Assembly (NCBI GenBank): GCA_000004985.1
Contig: GG739604.1
DNA: 1,034 bases
Reading direction: 5' to 3' (one strand)
Source: Naegleria gruberi
Lineage: Eukaryota
A model generated the notes under the pieces. The model worked only from the letters and a program-made list of their open reading frames with translations, was not told the origin of the DNA and made no database searches. Position 1 is the stretch's first letter, and each line of letters begins with the position of its first letter. Positions 1 to 1,034 of the stretch are shown piece after piece. Made by a program: the position numbers and the translations under genes.

Positions 1-186
1 AATTGTTTTACTGATCTTGGAAATCTTCTTAATAGCATGTCCTGTTGCATCAGAAACAATAAGGTCACCATTGGACAATCTTGCAATCTTTTGTGGATCA
101 ACAAATTCTCCATTTCCACCAGCAAATGTACTAATTCCGTATATATAGGTTGCAGCTTCGTTGTTGGAATTGCCAGATGTAACATT
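1..186 (-). other. Downstream NHL-like segment that resumes after the EGF cassette (probable start of a further beta-propeller blade)
   Basis: The segment NVTSGNSNNEAATYIYGISTFAGGNGEFVDPQKIARLSNGDLIVSDATGHAIKKISKISKTI contains STFAGGNGE and GDLIVSDATGHAIKKI. These resemble the T-hAG-x-G and G-x-hYIAD-x-x-N-x-hRKI elements of the upstream NHL blades. The match is looser than for blades A-C. Confidence 0.45.
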
Positions 187-1034
187 ACAATTAGAACCAG
201 TCCATAAACCAGTGCATGAACATTGATCCAAAGATAAACAAGAACCGTGACCTCCACAAACAGAGCTATCATTTGAAGCAACACCAAAACATGAAGTGAC
301 ATTACAGTTTGCACTATACCATCCTTGTTTGCAAACACAAGTTTCAGTATTGACACAAGAACCATGTCCACTACAAACAGAATTATCATTTGAAGAAACA
401 CCAGAGCATGAAGTAATGTTACAGTTTGCGCCAGACCATCCTTGTTGACAAACACAAGTGTCAGTATCAAAACATAATCCATTTCCATTACAAGCAGAAT
501 TTTCACTAGCGTCTACATCATAACACACGGTTTGCTTGGTGGAGAGTAATCTAATTCTACCATTTTTAGCATCAGCAATATAAATTTCAACATCTGAAAC
601 AACCAAAATACCAGTTGGAAGAGATAATCCTCTTGAGGTGGCAATTCTACCATCAGAGAAAGAGGCAGTACCATTACCGGCAATTGAGACAATAGTACCA
701 TTGGTTAAAACCATTCTGACTCTGTTATTGTCAGTATCAGCAATCAACATTTCACCATTTGAGAGGAATGCAACATCAGTTGGATGATTCAAATTGGCAG
801 CAGTGGCCAAAATATTGTCACCATTGAATGGTCCAGCACCAGTACCAGCAATTGTTGTAATAACTCCACTAACATCAATCTTTCTAACTTTGAAATTATT
901 ACTATCTGAAATGTAAACTTCATCATTAACAACTCTAACACCATAAGCTTGAGATAAGGCAGCACTTATTGCTTGACCACCATCTCCAATATGACCTGAT
1001 TGACCATTACCAGCAAATGTGACAATAGTGCCAT
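1..1034 (-). CDS. Internal fragment of a large extracellular multidomain protein (NHL repeats, three EGF-like modules, then an NHL-like segment); partial at both ends
   Basis: The reverse-complement frame (codons at + positions 1030-1032 down to 1-3) has no stop in 344 codons, whereas every other frame is full of stops. The translation shows recognisable NHL-repeat and EGF-like motifs. Codon bias is strong and consistent (AGA/CAA/GAA/CCA/GGT), which argues for genuine coding sequence. There is no start or stop codon inside the window, so the gene extends beyond both edges. Confidence 0.9.
184..534 (-). repeat. Three tandem 117-nt coding repeat units (184-300, 301-417, 418-534) encoding the EGF-like modules
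   Basis: Direct alignment of + strand segments gives 241-300 vs 358-417 = 49/60 identical (82%) and 301-357 vs 418-474 = 47/57 identical (82%). The other halves of the units are more diverged, so similarity is mosaic. Confidence 0.8.
187..525 (-). other. Three tandem EGF-like cysteine-rich modules (non-calcium-binding type)
   Basis: Module 1 (nt 421-525) is CYDVDASENSACNGNGLCFDTDTCVCQQGWSGANC. Module 2 (nt 304-408) is CSGVSSNDNSVCSGHGSCVNTETCVCKQGWYSANC. Module 3 (nt 187-291) is CFGVASNDSSVCGGHGSCLSLDQCSCTGLWTGSNC. All three have six Cys with identical spacing C-x10-C-x5-C-x5-C-x-C-x8-C. The tail C-x-C-x2-G-W-x4-C fits the classical EGF-like signature (C-x-C-x(2)-[GP]-[FYW]-x(4,8)-C). The modules recur every 39 aa. 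None has a D-x-D-E-C calcium-binding motif at its N-terminus. Confidence 0.8.
541..1034 (-). other. NHL-repeat (beta-propeller blade) array, three blades
   Basis: Blade A (nt 877-1034) is TIVTFAGNGQSGHIGDGGQAISAALSQAYGVRVVNDEVYISDSNNFKVRKI. Blade B (nt 706-876) is VITTIAGTGAGPFNGDNILATAANLNHPTDVAFLSNGEMLIADTDNNRVRMVL. Blade C (nt 541-705) is TIVSIAGNGTASFSDGRIATSRGLSLPTGILVVSDVEIYIADAKNGRIRLLS. Each follows the NHL consensus (h-x-T-hAG-x-G ... GDGG-x-A ... L-x-x-P-x-Gh ... G-x-hYIAD-x-x-N-x-hR+h) with a period of about 55 aa. Confidence 0.8.

Noticed and set aside
1-30. ISKISK mini-repeat near the window edge (KKISKISKTI)
   Set aside because: It is too short to interpret. It is probably the R/K-I-R/K-h end of an NHL blade followed by linker sequence, and it lies at the truncated edge of the window.
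187-525. Calcium-binding EGF (cbEGF) modules
   Set aside because: None of the three modules begins with the D/N-x-D/N-E/Q-x-C consensus, and none has the Asn/Asp beta-hydroxylation motif between Cys3 and Cys4. They are better described as non-calcium-binding, tenascin- or laminin-flavoured EGF-like modules.
184-534. Tandem direct repeats as a CRISPR array or satellite
   Set aside because: The units are 117 nt each and directly adjacent with no spacers. They are imperfect (~82% identity) and in frame within an ORF, encoding cysteine-conserved EGF-like modules. These are coding module repeats, not CRISPR repeats or a non-coding satellite.
513-701. 62-aa ORF from the supplied track (MVLLSQLPVMVLPLSLMVELPPQ...)
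   Set aside because: It is on the same strand as the long ORF described above but in a different reading frame. Its L/M/V-rich, low-complexity composition is what out-of-frame reading of AT-rich codons produces. It has no domain-like features. A spurious overlapping ORF is the simplest explanation.
1-1034. Possible coding sequence on the plus strand
   Set aside because: All three plus-strand frames are densely interrupted by TAA/TGA/TAG (for example taa at 205-207 and 235-237, and tga at 217-219). Only the minus-strand frame described above is open.
1-1034. Teneurin or bacterial Rhs/YD-repeat toxin fragment
   Set aside because: Teneurins place EGF repeats N-terminal to the NHL propeller and follow with YD repeats. 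Here the order is NHL then EGF, and no YD-repeat motif (G-x-x-x-x-Y-x-Y-D) is visible. The eukaryote-like codon bias also argues against a bacterial Rhs protein.

Overview
The whole window is the interior of a single large coding sequence on the minus strand. It is open at both ends and is missing from the supplied ORF track because it has no start or stop inside the window. The frame with + strand codons at 1-3, 4-6, ... 1030-1032 has no TTA/CTA/TCA triplets, so the reverse complement runs 344 codons without a stop. Translated N->C, running from position 1032 down to 1: GTIVTFAGNGQSGHIGDGGQAISAALSQAYGVRVVNDEVYISDSNNFKVRKIDVSGVITTIAGTGAGPFNGDNILATAANLNHPTDVAFLSNGEMLIADTDNNRVRMVLTNGTIVSIAGNGTASFSDGRIATSRGLSLPTGILVVSDVEIYIADAKNGRIRLLSTKQTVCYDVDASENSACNGNGLCFDTDTCVCQQGWSGANCNITSCSGVSSNDNSVCSGHGSCVNTETCVCKQGWYSANCNVTSCFGVASNDSSVCGGHGSCLSLDQCSCTGLWTGSNCNVTSGNSNNEAATYIYGISTFAGGNGEFVDPQKIARLSNGDLIVSDATGHAIKKISKISKTI. 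Three NHL-type beta-propeller repeats (nt 541-1034) are followed by three tandem 39-aa EGF-like modules (nt 187-525), each with Cys spacing C-x10-C-x5-C-x5-C-x-C-x8-C and ending C-x-C-x2-G-W-x4-C. The last 62 residues (nt 1-186) look like the start of another NHL blade. A CN[IV]TS N-glycosylation sequon closes each EGF module. Codon usage is extremely biased: all 9 Arg are AGA, all Gln are CAA, all Glu are GAA, all Pro are CCA, Gly is mostly GGT and never GGG, and Asn is mostly AAT, at roughly 36-40% GC. Together this points to a secreted or surface protein of an AT-rich eukaryote (dictyostelid-amoeba-like or yeast-like usage) rather than a typical bacterial gene. I cannot name the organism from sequence alone. 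I see no RNA genes, promoters, terminators, CRISPR arrays or mobile elements; the window is entirely intragenic.
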